A stretch of 63,781 bases of DNA, the filler included, from Trichomonas gallinae (taxonomy: Eukaryota), in assembly GCA_008369845.1 (NCBI GenBank). It is 6 parts of 6 records of this genome, joined end to end, with 100 filler letters (N's around TTAATTAATTAA, not from the genome) between each part and the next. Parts side by side here need not be neighbours in the genome. Positions count along the whole stretch, not along the records: positions 25,186 to 53,840 come from MRSU01000902.1; 5 more parts are not named here. One strand, 5' to 3'. This document shows positions 32,789-44,574 of this stretch, in pieces. A program made the position numbers and the translations under genes. Positions within the stretch are counted from its first letter, which is position 1. Each line of letters starts with the position of its first letter. The notes beneath the pieces are model-generated. The model was not told the DNA's origin, did not search any database, and worked only from the letters and a program-made list of their open reading frames with translations.

Positions 32789-33550
32789 ATGTTCGAGACC
32801 CAAGCACCACTAAACCTCTCCATTTCGGAACAGTTTGAATTTCCAGAACGAAAGCCGAAAGCGTACAGAACTAAAGAGAGGATTCCAAACTCACTAACAG
32901 ATGCCTACAAACAGATTGTTTATGATTTTGAGAAGCTCAAGCCATCAAACATCAACATAGTCAATGTTGCTAAACAGTATGGCGTACAGCACAGAAGAGT
33001 CTACGATTTGTTTAACTTATTGACATCTTTGGGAGTTTGTCAAAATATAGAGCGAGGCAAACTTGCGTGGATTGGTCTATCATCGGTTACATCGGTCATC
33101 TCTAAAGCCTACGCAAAGATAGAAATAGCCTCATTGCACAAGCCAACCAACCAAATTTTCTGCTTAGGACAATCTCCTTCGCTTGGTATGATAGCTACTC
33201 ACTTCATTAGCATGTATTTGTATTTTGATGTTGATGCACTTCTATTGCGCCAAGTATCTTCGATTTTTCACGATCCAAGATGTGATATTAAATCGCTCGA
33301 GCGTCGTATGTACTTAGTGCTTAGCTTTTTAGAGATTATGGGTGTCGTGGCTCACACTATGAAAACTAACGAATATAAGTTAGTTTTAGATTTATCTGCG
33401 GCAAAAGCAGCTGCTTTGCAACAGAAGAGGAAATATCAGCAATCGAAATGTCCTCTATCATTAGAAAATCTACTTAATTCTGTTGGAGGACCTTTTATGA
33501 CTGATTTACAAGTTGAACGATCCCATGATTATCAGTTAATTAGATGTTAG
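32789..33550 (+). CDS. E2F/DP-type winged-helix transcription factor with two DNA-binding-like motifs
   Basis: VQHRRVYDLFNLLTSLGV...WIG and a second ERRMYLVLSFLEIMGVV; first ATG at 32789. Confidence 0.75.
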   Translation: MFETQAPLNLSISEQFEFPERKPKAYRTKERIPNSLTDAYKQIVYDFEKLKPSNINIVNVAKQYGVQHRRVYDLFNLLTSLGVCQNIERGKLAWIGLSSVTSVISKAYAKIEIASLHKPTNQIFCLGQSPSLGMIATHFISMYLYFDVDALLLRQVSSIFHDPRCDIKSLERRMYLVLSFLEIMGVVAHTMKTNEYKLVLDLSAAKAAALQQKRKYQQSKCPLSLENLLNSVGGPFMTDLQVERSHDYQLIRC

Positions 33551-34829
33551 ATAGAAGAAAACGTCATTGTATGCAAATAAAGATATTACGGTATATATTG
33601 AAACACATTTTTTCAACTCTTTTTGACATATTATCGTCAATCTGGGAAAAACAGAACCTTACAAAATGTTATCTTAATTGAGAATTACACATAATGTATA
33701 TGTTATGGAAATTATATAATTTTATCTCCAAACTGATATACTGTCGAAATTAATCGCAAAGATGTTGTTTATTCTTGATTTGAAGCAGAATTGCTCTGAT
33801 ATCAGACTTTAAGTTAATAATGATGTGTATATATGTGCAAAAATTGATGAAATTGATATGATTTGAGAAATGAAATCTGATATTATCGTGTAGTTACAGT
33901 TCTTGACAAAAATATTGTTAGAAATTGAATATATAAGCATCGATGAAGTGGAAAATGAACTGCTCTAATCGTCGATAAACAACAAAATCGAAGAACCTCG
34001 TATTTGGCTCTGCTCCTGTTGTTATATTACTATATAGAATGTGTGTAAAGCATTTCATATGGAATTGGGCAATAAAAATTCATATTTGTTGACCCGATTG
34101 ACGAACATCATTTTTATCCAAAATAAGATCGATCATATTTCTTGTTGTATAATAACAATGCTAGTGATCATGTTATTCTCATTCGCCTTAAAGAATTATT
34201 GTTCGAAATTGGTTTATTTTATTATGAAGTTTAGTGTATTAGCTTCTATAATACCATACTAGGATGTTTTATAACTATTGTAAGGTTTTGGCCAACTGGT
34301 CAATCATTCGATTTGATCGATCATATCAATATGCGTTTTTACATGTAAATTTAAACATTCTAGTCAATTGAGACCAAAATTCATGTTCAGATGCAGAAAT
34401 TGCATGATTTGTAGCGTAGAAGTGCTGATCTCTTTCGAACAAACTCAGTTAACATCAACATTTTAGTCAGTAATTGTTTATCTAATTCCTCTATAAAACA
34501 GCTGTGATAGTAACAAAAGATCACAATCTATGCTGTGTATTGTTCTAATCCACACAAAGTGATACATATATAAATTCAACCTTCTATGTAAAGCAAACTA
34601 ATTAATGCATGTGGAAGTTCGTAAAAAATCAAAATGTATTCATTCAATATCATAATCACGTATCTTTATAATTATGCATATGCTAAGCATATTTAGGTGA
34701 TTATATAACTAAATGTTATTAAGTTTTTAATCTATTATATGTTTGGACTTATAATAACCGAGAAAATCAATTTTTGACATGTAATTTTCCGATTTTGCTT
34801 TACATGACATATATAAAATTTTGATCTTA

Positions 34830-34837
34830 AAAGTGAC
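34830..34837 (+). promoter_or_regulatory. AAAGTGAC core-promoter-like motif immediately upstream of ATG
   Basis: Matches the AAAGTGAC motif reported near Trichomonas start codons; also near starts at ~15593, ~38074 and ~50068. Confidence 0.5.
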
Positions 34838-34840
34838 ATA

Positions 34841-35581
34841 ATGAAACCTGATTTTCACCTGAAGTCCGATCCTCCGGTTTTACAACGTCATATAACGAGA
34901 AGGAATGTGTCTACATCTGGAAACATGGTTTTAATGATTGGAAAGCCTGAAATTGGCAAAGAAATGCCTTTTGAAGAATGTTTACAAAAATTCAATCGTA
35001 ATCTATCTATATTATTAGGAAAAACGAAGCCAACTGACCTTTTTATTATTGGAAATATCCTCGATTCGTCAGTAGAAGATAAAGAAAATAAAATTTTTGC
35101 ATTTTTAGATAGTCTGTTGCAATATCCATGTAAAAAGCATGTTATTTCTGGAATAGAAGAGAGAATGGCTATTGCTAACTACGAGAATCAAGAAATTGAT
35201 GTTATTAAAGAACATGTTGGAATTCTAACTATAAAAAGCAATAGGGAATTAAAGGTGTATATTACAGACTGTGCAGGAAATAATTTCAATGTGTCAGAAG
35301 ATGCTGGACTCAGATTTTTATTATTTATTAAAGGATTGTTAAATCGTGTTATTGGACCTTTTGATTTCCTCATTTCGTCATATGTAGAACCATCTTTTAT
35401 CGATTATTTTAACGCTGTCGCATCAACAGGAACATTTGATTATCACAAATATAAGATAGAATATCTTCTGATTGATACCTCTGATGGAATAGAGATGTCT
35501 ATTCATTCTGAACTAGATACTTGTGAATATGAAAATCCAATTCCTGAAGAGAAAGAAAAAGACAAATGTTTATTGATTTAA
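34841..35581 (+). CDS. Hypothetical protein with C-terminal CaaX (CLLI); possible degenerate metallophosphoesterase fold
   Basis: 246-aa ORF ending EKEKDKCLLI*; PTDLFIIGNILD and HVISGIEE resemble the GD and GNHD motifs. Confidence 0.65.
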   Translation: MKPDFHLKSDPPVLQRHITRRNVSTSGNMVLMIGKPEIGKEMPFEECLQKFNRNLSILLGKTKPTDLFIIGNILDSSVEDKENKIFAFLDSLLQYPCKKHVISGIEERMAIANYENQEIDVIKEHVGILTIKSNRELKVYITDCAGNNFNVSEDAGLRFLLFIKGLLNRVIGPFDFLISSYVEPSFIDYFNAVASTGTFDYHKYKIEYLLIDTSDGIEMSIHSELDTCEYENPIPEEKEKDKCLLI

Positions 35582-35978
35582 GGTTATATATTCCAAAACA
35601 TCTTTTTATGATGACAATCAACCTCATCCTTTATCATTTCATTCATATTTGTGATCTGATGACAGTGCAATCATAATCAATCATGTTTATATGATTTGAT
35701 ACAATAACAAAATATAACCTGATTATTTGCCAAAAATGATGCTAATTGAACAATCACTTGACACTAGTGCAGATAATTGGGATTTCTTAAATGAAAGCCA
35801 TGAACTTATTCATGTGCATAAAAATCTATCTAAAAATCATATATATTCAGTTGCCTACAGTTCCAGATGACTATATATCGATACGAAAAGCATTTAGTAG
35901 ATCATGCAACTTTAACTAGTTAAATTCGGCTAATTAATTCTCCATAAACAATTGTTTTCAAATTAAGGTTAGTTTATC

Positions 35979-36067
35979 ATTACGATTATTTTCAAGTCAA
36001 ATTAGAACAACTTTACAATTACGATTATTTATAATTCAAATTGTTTTTGGTTTACATTACGATTATT
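35979..36067. repeat. Three ATTACGATTATT units at 38-39 bp spacing
   Basis: Copies at 35979, 36018 and 36056. Confidence 0.75.
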
Positions 36068-36325
36068 ATTAGTTGGAAAATAAGCTTTATTCGACCTTGA
36101 AAATCAATCTTATTCTAAAGAGTACTGCATTTTCGGGTATATATGGTTATGTATGGGCAGTAGTTAGTATATTTTGGCTCTATTCGTCTTTGACTACCTT
36201 TTCGTTCTTGATCCAACACGAAATTTTCAAAAACCGAATATTTCTAATATTATGCCAATTATATGAAAATGTCACCGAGAAAATCGGAAAAAATTAAACC
36301 GTTTGACAAAAGGTGACAGATACGA

Positions 36326-36910
36326 ATGCCAAGAGCAAAAGTCATTATTATTGGCCAATCCACCGTTGGCAAAAGCTGTTTGGCCCTCCGCGCAAAGAAT
36401 GATGAGTTCAGTGAAAATGTTGCACCAACAATCGGAGCTGCCAGTCTTAACTTTACTGTCAAAAATAAAAATGGAAAAGACATCGAATTTAGTATCTGGG
36501 ACACAGCAGGTCAAGAGAAGTACAGAAGTCTTGCACCAATGTATTTCACAGGAGCTGCTTGCGCAATCATGGTCTACGATATAACCAATGAATTATCATT
36601 CAAAACATTGAACGAATTTGAATCCCTCCTCGCTCAGAAGGCTCCAGCAAACTGTATTCGCGTTGTTGTTGGCAATAAAATCGATCTTGCAGATTCTCGT
36701 GAAGTTGATTCAAACAAAGCAACAGATTACACACTTTCTATTGGTGCTGTTAAGTTGTTCGAGGTTTCAGCCAAGACCGGTGAAGGTGTTAAGGAAATTT
36801 TCCAGTATATCGCAGATCTTCCAGAGCTTCCTGTAGAAGCAACAGAAGATGATGATTTTGTCGAGCTCCAGAACAACAGCAGCACAACCCAAAAGAAATC
36901 ATGTTGTTAA
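36326..36910 (+). CDS. Rab-family small GTPase
   Basis: GQSTVGKS, PTIGA, WDTAGQEKYRSLAPMY, NKID, SAK and a C-terminal CC prenylation motif. Confidence 0.93.
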   Translation: MPRAKVIIIGQSTVGKSCLALRAKNDEFSENVAPTIGAASLNFTVKNKNGKDIEFSIWDTAGQEKYRSLAPMYFTGAACAIMVYDITNELSFKTLNEFESLLAQKAPANCIRVVVGNKIDLADSREVDSNKATDYTLSIGAVKLFEVSAKTGEGVKEIFQYIADLPELPVEATEDDDFVELQNNSSTTQKKSCC

Positions 36911-37206
36911 ATTTAGATTTATGAACATAAGTCTATTTTGTATTAAATACATTAAGTAATCAACCATAATATATCAATCTTTTAATATGAGAAATGAACT
37001 CCAACAAAATTGAAAAATTTTAAAATAAATCCTTTAATCAATGAATTTAGATATCATCCATAAAGAAAAATATATGGTTACGATAATAACATAAGAGTTT
37101 TGTTTCAAAAACTATAAAATAAATTATATTTTGATATAACTTCAGTTGTTTAATATAATACAAAGTGGTGTTTGTTATGCATGAAATTGGGTTAATACAA
37201 ATCTAT

Positions 37207-38064
37207 TTAGAACAATTCTCTTAATTTTTGAAGATATGAACAATTGCGTGGATTGATTGGGCCGCCTGGATAGCAACGAGTAGCCAATGGGCATCCACAG
37301 CATGGAACTTCAGCTATTGGGCAGGTTGGAATCTCAAGAACGCCAGGATACAACATAGAGCCAACTTTGAGTACTTTCTTTGAATGTACCATTGCAGTGA
37401 TAACTTGCTCTGACTCTTTATCAGTAATATGTGCTGATGCAAGCGAATTTGTTTTGATTTTTTCAACCATGTCCTTTAATGAAATTCCATCCTTTGAATG
37501 AACCATGTCAGTGGATGACTTGATCAATTGTTCGACGAAGTTTGTGTTGAAAGTGCCTTCAAGATACCAAACACCACCAGTGATTTCTTCTGATGGATTC
37601 ATATCGTAAAGGAGATATAATTTAAGTTTCTTTTCATGGATGGATGTGATACTCTTGATTAAACAGCGCGATTCAAGTTCATTCAAAACTGTTGATAATT
37701 GTTTTTCAGACATCGAACCTCCTGTCTTCTTTAAGTCACGACGCCAGATACCTTTGTTGCCTGCTTTGTCAACTAAGTCGTAAATCCTATGATAGTCATC
37801 ATCGAGACTGATAAATTGTTCTTGAAGTTTTGGAGGAACCGCTTTATATCTCTGTGGTTCCTTATCGTTGCCGTAAACAACACGAACTTTGCCGTTTGAT
37901 ATAATTTGTCTTAATAAAGAAAATAATGTTGATGTATCGATATTTCCTTGTTCATTTAATTTCTTGTGAAGCTCATCAACGGTAAATGCTGTGTGCGGGT
38001 TCTCCTCGAAGATGTTATTCATCTTATCACGGAGAATTCTCTGTATTACTGCTTGCGAAGCCAT
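37207..38064 (-). CDS. RPC34: RNA polymerase III subunit RPC6/Rpc34
   Basis: AGNKGIW, LIKSI, PSEEITGGVWY and the C-terminal PCCGCP...C...INPRNC cysteine cluster. Confidence 0.92.
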   Translation of the reverse strand: MASQAVIQRILRDKMNNIFEENPHTAFTVDELHKKLNEQGNIDTSTLFSLLRQIISNGKVRVVYGNDKEPQRYKAVPPKLQEQFISLDDDYHRIYDLVDKAGNKGIWRRDLKKTGGSMSEKQLSTVLNELESRCLIKSITSIHEKKLKLYLLYDMNPSEEITGGVWYLEGTFNTNFVEQLIKSSTDMVHSKDGISLKDMVEKIKTNSLASAHITDKESEQVITAMVHSKKVLKVGSMLYPGVLEIPTCPIAEVPCCGCPLATRCYPGGPINPRNCSYLQKLRELF

Positions 38065-40163
38065 TTTTTTGGAAAAGTGACAGAATTCTCCGCCATTTCA
38101 TCATAACTCAACGAGACAAAAAGACAACTCACTAAACTACCACTACATATTCGTCTGTTTCATCTTTGCAAATCTAATTTATCCGCTATGATCTATCATT
38201 ATTCTGCTTAATTAGCAAAATATTTTCAAATAATACTTTATTTTTGTTTTTAAAGAGTTACTGATTTATAATGTTAATACTTTTACTAGAATCTGTTAAT
38301 CTCAATAATACTACTTTCTTATTTGACAATATTTTTCTTACGATATAATACTACTTAATGTATCTGTTGCTTACTACTTAAATTTATAGAACCTCATTAC
38401 ACGAATCTGTGCAAAATAGAGCACTCTCGATATTTAATAAGTTATTCCACTAGATTCCGCATAATTTGGGAATTCTTAATTGCTGAGTAATATTAAATGA
38501 GTTGTTGATATTACTGTGTAACCTATTGATCATAAAATAGTTCTTAATTTGGCTGATGAAAAGAAATTTTTTTATGATTGATGTTATCGATCGATTTATT
38601 ACATCAGAATCGAAATATAGCAGCTTCATCGATTAGTACACGAATGCTCAAGCCGTTGCGATGCATTTTTGGAAAGCGCTGTTTTCTGGTGCATTACTTC
38701 TATCAAAATAAATTTTTTATTCATCAAATTTTGAATTTCATGAAAATCGAAAAATTTGGTATTAATTTCCATTTTACGGTCGATACATTAGGCATTTTGA
38801 AATTCTAAATAATGAAATAAATATTATTTTAGATGTAAATAATATATCCAACAAAAAATATGCTTCATGCAAAAGGACTGATTATTTTTGTCAAGAAAGA
38901 TCATTACGTCTCAAAAAGAACAAAAAACATTCTCCAAGATCATGACTAATAAATTGTATGTTATTTCGTTCCCTAATGTGTAACCAATTGAGAAAATGGC
39001 GAAATTCGCCTAATTTTTCAGCTTAGTTCCAACAATAGAAACAGAAATGTACATCAACATTATTATGAGTAGATACATACCGTCTATCATTGATGGGATA
39101 ATTAATTAAATTGATGTTGCGTTTTGATGGGATATAGATTTCTATTCTATTTTAAATATTGTGTTTCATTGTTTGAAATTGTTTTATGATATCTTATAAG
39201 ATACATATGTGCATTTTTAATGTATTATGATTGAATTTTGAGATGTGTAATGAACTGAAATATAATATGCGAATATATCATTCATACATGTTATCAAGAT
39301 GAATATCATCAAGACGTTAGGCCATATTAAGAGTTACATCACTTTAATATGAAACAATATCATTGCCGTCAAAAATAAATCTGCTGCTAAACTGGTTATT
39401 ATTCGGATTTTAATTTTTTCCCCAATTCTTATCAATAATTTTTTTTATTGAAACTTTTATAATGACATATTAGTTAGGTGTATATGCTAATCACATTATT
39501 TTGTCCTTATTTTTGCTCCAACATTTTAAATGAAAAATTTAAAAGCACCATTGACATCAAATTAATTAGCATAGTGATTTTAAACAATAAAGATTTGAAT
39601 ATATATTTATCATCATTCAAAGAAAATAAATATTTTGAATAATTATGACGATAAATTTATAGATCGAATCATATAAAATATTAGTTTTTATACGAAATAA
39701 GATAACTTTTTTATTTTTTATATTCAAATTTTAAAATTGTAATATTATACAATATGTGTTTTCTATATCAATGGCCATATAAAGCAATTCAATAGTTAAA
39801 CACAATAATTTCAATTGTTCTGCCAAATCTTTTTAAGCTCGATAATATTTTAAAATCATCCTTAATTTAGAATCGCTTGAAAATAAAAATTTATGTAAAA
39901 ATTATTTTTTTGGTTAATATTATATACACATAGATATACAATAAATGTTCGTATAATTTATTTCAATTGATTTATACAATAATTTGAATTATTATATTTT
40001 TACTCATTTATTCCTAGATAACAATGAATAATTTAAAATATTCATCCAACAAAATTTTCTTAATTTTTTTGGAATAATACATACAAAAATGTAGACATTT
40101 CCAAGACTAAAAATCAACAAAAATCATTTTTTTGTAAACTTTTGGATTAATTTTTTTTTACTG

Positions 40164-43100
40164 ATGTTGTCGTTTTTGTTTAAAACTTATTACGGTATAG
40201 CTTTCGAGATGCGGTATCGATCGAAGCTGCCGTACTGGCTTAAATGGACACGAGAAATCATCAGATTCTTCCAATTAATATTTTTTTCAATCGACTTCTG
40301 CAAGGTTAATGAAATTGCATCGCGAAATCCTACATTTATAAACATAATGAATAACACAGGTCTGATAAATTCATGGATGCACGTTGATTCAATCTCAGTT
40401 ATTTCAATATTATCGATTTTAAGTGCACAAATCATATTGATACTGATGATGTATCACAGTGCATTACGAATCAACAAAGGGTTGTATATATTAAACTTCG
40501 TTTTATACTTTTATTCGATATGTCTTGACTTAATCGTGCCTCTAATTCAAATACCAATGCATTCCCGCTTAATGAACAGCATAATCAAACTCATCGACAC
40601 ATTTTGCGTGAAAAATATCCTGCATTTTATGATTCAACTTATAATTAATTTCACATTTTTCCTGTTTGACCATTTTTCATCCATATTTACGCGACCAAAA
40701 ATTTACTTGACAACGTCGATAATCGATCAATACAGCGGAGATACTGATTGGCTTCATTATTTCTGTATTTTTCAGTTTGTGTTCTACCAGATTATGTTTA
40801 CACACTTCTATCATCCGATGCTGGAATTCATTTTCTTGATTTCTTATCCTTTTCTAATAATTTTCCATTTATCACTAAGAATATCGAAAGGAATCCATAT
40901 ATCTATGATCGGAGCTGTTCTAAAAGACAGTCCTTTAATATCATCAATGTTTGTCTTAATTTATCATCTGCATCCGAATCCTTATATCGGGCCAGCGATA
41001 ATTTCGATCTTCTTCATATTGCTTTACATCATCATATACACACTATACAGAATCTTCCTGAGAAAATACTCATACATGATCCTGAACGAAAAATACGAGC
41101 CTCCTTGGTGGCTGCCGATTAGAAACTCTCTTGTGATGAGATATGCGGCTGAAACCAAGGCTGATATCGAAGGATTCGAGAATTTCATGATGCTGAGATT
41201 GAAACAAGATCCAGAAGAGATGATTGAAGTCGTAAGATTTTTGGGCATATTTAAATCACAAAGGAGCCGATTATTGATGATGATGTCAATGTGGAAGGAC
41301 CAATCGCTGTATTATGACTACCAATTCTACGTTTACAGCAGAGTTTTCAAATCATTACAAGAATCTCCACCGCAATCGTACATAACAATGCTAGATAAAC
41401 TCCATAGACATTACCTAGTAACACTATCATTGTTCTGGTCTTCAAGAAAGGAAAATAAAATAATTCCCGCATTTATTTACGCAACGAAGACTGCTTTCAC
41501 TCATATTGAGCTGACAACTTACATTAAGTATCTGTCGTTCATTTACCAATACAGTCCTTATATATATCAAAGCGCAGCAGAAATCTCTTTAATTGCCTTA
41601 GGAGAGCCAGTTAAGTCTGTTTTATTCAGGCGTTATTCAATACAGATCGCAGACAACACGAATACAATCGTAGACCCTGTTTTCAAGAATATTGCGCAAT
41701 TTTATCCATTAACACTAGAAACTTATCATGAGGAGACATCGAACTCGAATAATGAAAGTAGTAAGAGTGATGCCTCTATTTCTTCATCGCATTCGAATCT
41801 ACGCTTTCATATTGATAAAAATATAATATATCGAGAAGAAAACTCTGATAACAGCCCCATGGCTATGTTTGTGCAGAAGTCAAACAGATTGGGACAGTTT
41901 TCTATACTATTTACGCTTTCTTTTTCAATAATTTGGTCTGTTTTTCTAATTAAGGCTATTTTCAATGCTAGACATGAACAGATCAAAAAGGGAGATGTGT
42001 TACAAGGTTTTATGCATCATTCTCTCGAAATGAACCAATATTTAGCTGCATCTTTTGTATTAGTTCCAATTTTTGAAAAATACGCAAATTCAACACAATC
42101 ATGCGATATTATACTCAAAGATATATACACCGACATATCCAATTTCTATTTAACATTCAGAGACGATTTTATTCAAATGGGAAAAACGATGACATATGCT
42201 GCTCAGTATCTTACAATAAAGAAGGCAGAGTTCCCAGACTGTGACTCATTCAAAAAAGTCCTAAAAACAGCACCAGATTTAATTCGAATAATATTAGACG
42301 AAATCAATCTCACAGAATATAAATTCAACACATTGGCAGCAAGTATATTAAAAGTTTGCCCTCTAAAACGAGTTTTCATCAAATTCGTAATGATATTATT
42401 TATTTGTTCAATTGGCGGAACTATTGGCGCAATTGTGACGACATTGATACAAGTAAACTCAGCAATGAGAAACCTTCCAGACAAAGCAGTCGAGTTTTTG
42501 GGTTCCAAAGAACGTCTCGGATTATTACTTTTTAAAAAATCACTAGAATCATGGGATTTATTCAGAATATTATTCCCAGCGAACAAAAACGAAGAGCATC
42601 AAAATACAAACGTCTCTTTCGAATCACACGTCACCAAAAACATAAAAGTCGCAAAATATTGTTCAGAGACTAAACTATCATATGGAAGTCCCACAAATTC
42701 TCATCACGTGAACTTGAAAGAAACTAAATTGACAATTTCTTTCATTGGCGTTGACCAGCTCTTGAAGCCTTCTCAGTTTGCATTAATGAGTCCTTACGTT
42801 TCTTCTACTGGATCCAGTGACGCGAGCGAAATGTCCGAGTCAACGAATGATAATATTTATCAATCTCAACAAACAAAAGAACAATCGATTGACCAAAATA
42901 CATTAAAAGACATGGAAATAGTGTCAAAGGTGTTGACGAGCACCAAGTCTGAGTACCCTTATTTCTTTTTATTCATCATTTTCTTCTTTTTAGTTCCTTG
43001 GATTGTCAAATATGTTTTGGTAACATATCTTGGCATTGTTTTAAATTTCGAGTCAACAATTGTCGTTGATTTCCTCAAAAATGTCACTGCACACTTTGAA

Positions 43101-44288
43101 AGCATCCAGCAGATAACACGCACAATCAACGAAGAGTTCACTGCAGGCATGAATTTTGATTCACACAAAATTGAAGAAACTGTTAGAAACGTTTCATATT
43201 ATATCAAATTTTTATCACCAATTCCAACAACATTCAAAGATGTAAGAACAAAAATAGAGACAGGAACATCAAGTTTCGCTTGCGTTGCTTCTGTTTTCTG
43301 GTTATTATCATACATAGCTGTTATTAGACTCGAAAAAGTTCTCAAGTTAGGTTATGAGTCACTATTTCATTTTCCGTCTTCTTACATTGAAGATATAAAC
43401 AAGCCAATGGATTCGCCGCCTGAAGACAAACTTCCCAACAATATATTAGAGATTACTATTAACTCAGACACAAGATATATCAACTGTGTATCTCAGAAGT
43501 GTTATAATATTATCGGAGTTTATCCGATCGATCTTATTGGCATGAAATATGACAAAATATTCCAACCGGAATCTGACAATGTTAGAATTTTCTCATTGAA
43601 TATGCGTAGACCTAAGAAGTTCTTGGAAAGCAAGTTTAACTCAGGAAACATAACTAGAATTGCTTTATACGACATTTCGAGCGAAAGCACGAATCAAGTC
43701 GCATTGATTAATTCTCTGACTAGATTCATTCCTAATCAAGTCGCACGGATGCTTTGCGAGTCTCAAATATTCCCATATCATCTCGATGGAGCTTTTATGA
43801 TGATAGCCAGATTCGACGGCAACGAGTTCAATCAAGCTGTGGATCACATTTTCTCAGCAACGCATAATCTATTGCAGTGCTACACAAAAATGCACATCAC
43901 GAAAGCTGAAGGGTCAACACTTCACTTCTTAGGCTGCAGTAGAGACAGATGCATTCCAGTCTTGTTCTGCAGGGATTTAGTTGCTTCATCAAAACCACCG
44001 CCGAGAACCAGAGCAGATTCTCCTCTAAAGTCAATTATTATAATGAAGGCGAATATTGACGCGGAAATAAATATAACAGACGAACTCTATGTAGACGTTA
44101 AATACGAAAGACAGAGAGAACACTGCATGTCTGCTTTCTCTGCCCCTGACAACACAATTGTATTCATCGATGACTCCAATGAAATATCATCAATAGACTT
44201 CGGAAAATGGATAGAAGTTATTCCAGGAGTCAAAGGATTTTGTGTTGGCTTCAATGAGATCGACAAAGTTGTCGAATCACTATATTAA
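40164..44288 (+). CDS. Large multipass membrane protein with PAS-like and degenerate class III cyclase-like C-terminus (paralogue A)
   Basis: N-terminal TM bundle, later TM pairs and a PAS-like segment (INCVSQKCYNIIGVYPIDLIG), then LTRFIPNQVARML and a cyclase-like tail. Confidence 0.65.
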   Translation: MLSFLFKTYYGIAFEMRYRSKLPYWLKWTREIIRFFQLIFFSIDFCKVNEIASRNPTFINIMNNTGLINSWMHVDSISVISILSILSAQIILILMMYHSALRINKGLYILNFVLYFYSICLDLIVPLIQIPMHSRLMNSIIKLIDTFCVKNILHFMIQLIINFTFFLFDHFSSIFTRPKIYLTTSIIDQYSGDTDWLHYFCIFQFVFYQIMFTHFYHPMLEFIFLISYPFLIIFHLSLRISKGIHISMIGAVLKDSPLISSMFVLIYHLHPNPYIGPAIISIFFILLYIIIYTLYRIFLRKYSYMILNEKYEPPWWLPIRNSLVMRYAAETKADIEGFENFMMLRLKQDPEEMIEVVRFLGIFKSQRSRLLMMMSMWKDQSLYYDYQFYVYSRVFKSLQESPPQSYITMLDKLHRHYLVTLSLFWSSRKENKIIPAFIYATKTAFTHIELTTYIKYLSFIYQYSPYIYQSAAEISLIALGEPVKSVLFRRYSIQIADNTNTIVDPVFKNIAQFYPLTLETYHEETSNSNNESSKSDASISSSHSNLRFHIDKNIIYREENSDNSPMAMFVQKSNRLGQFSILFTLSFSIIWSVFLIKAIFNARHEQIKKGDVLQGFMHHSLEMNQYLAASFVLVPIFEKYANSTQSCDIILKDIYTDISNFYLTFRDDFIQMGKTMTYAAQYLTIKKAEFPDCDSFKKVLKTAPDLIRIILDEINLTEYKFNTLAASILKVCPLKRVFIKFVMILFICSIGGTIGAIVTTLIQVNSAMRNLPDKAVEFLGSKERLGLLLFKKSLESWDLFRILFPANKNEEHQNTNVSFESHVTKNIKVAKYCSETKLSYGSPTNSHHVNLKETKLTISFIGVDQLLKPSQFALMSPYVSSTGSSDASEMSESTNDNIYQSQQTKEQSIDQNTLKDMEIVSKVLTSTKSEYPYFFLFIIFFFLVPWIVKYVLVTYLGIVLNFESTIVVDFLKNVTAHFESIQQITRTINEEFTAGMNFDSHKIEETVRNVSYYIKFLSPIPTTFKDVRTKIETGTSSFACVASVFWLLSYIAVIRLEKVLKLGYESLFHFPSSYIEDINKPMDSPPEDKLPNNILEITINSDTRYINCVSQKCYNIIGVYPIDLIGMKYDKIFQPESDNVRIFSLNMRRPKKFLESKFNSGNITRIALYDISSESTNQVALINSLTRFIPNQVARMLCESQIFPYHLDGAFMMIARFDGNEFNQAVDHIFSATHNLLQCYTKMHITKAEGSTLHFLGCSRDRCIPVLFCRDLVASSKPPPRTRADSPLKSIIIMKANIDAEINITDELYVDVKYERQREHCMSAFSAPDNTIVFIDDSNEISSIDFGKWIEVIPGVKGFCVGFNEIDKVVESLY

Positions 44289-44574
44289 TATTTTTTTGTA
44301 TGTATTTTATTATCTAAATGTTTTCATGATATATATTTATTTCATTTCTATTTTCATCATGAAGTTCAAATGAGTATTTCAAGATTACTCTATTTTAATT
44401 TGTATTACAATATTGTTCTGTCTATGTAAATGATACACATTAATCTCATCTATATTGAGTTTTTCATTTTGTAATGATTCGCTCTTATGAAACATGATAA
44501 AAAAAATCATTAATTAAATTTCTCAAAGAATAATAAAAAATAGGATTTTGTTGAGAAAAATACATACAAATACT

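Noticed and set aside
33900..34650. Slightly less AT-rich intergenic stretch, possible pseudogene
   Set aside because: The frames I translated gave no identifiable family.
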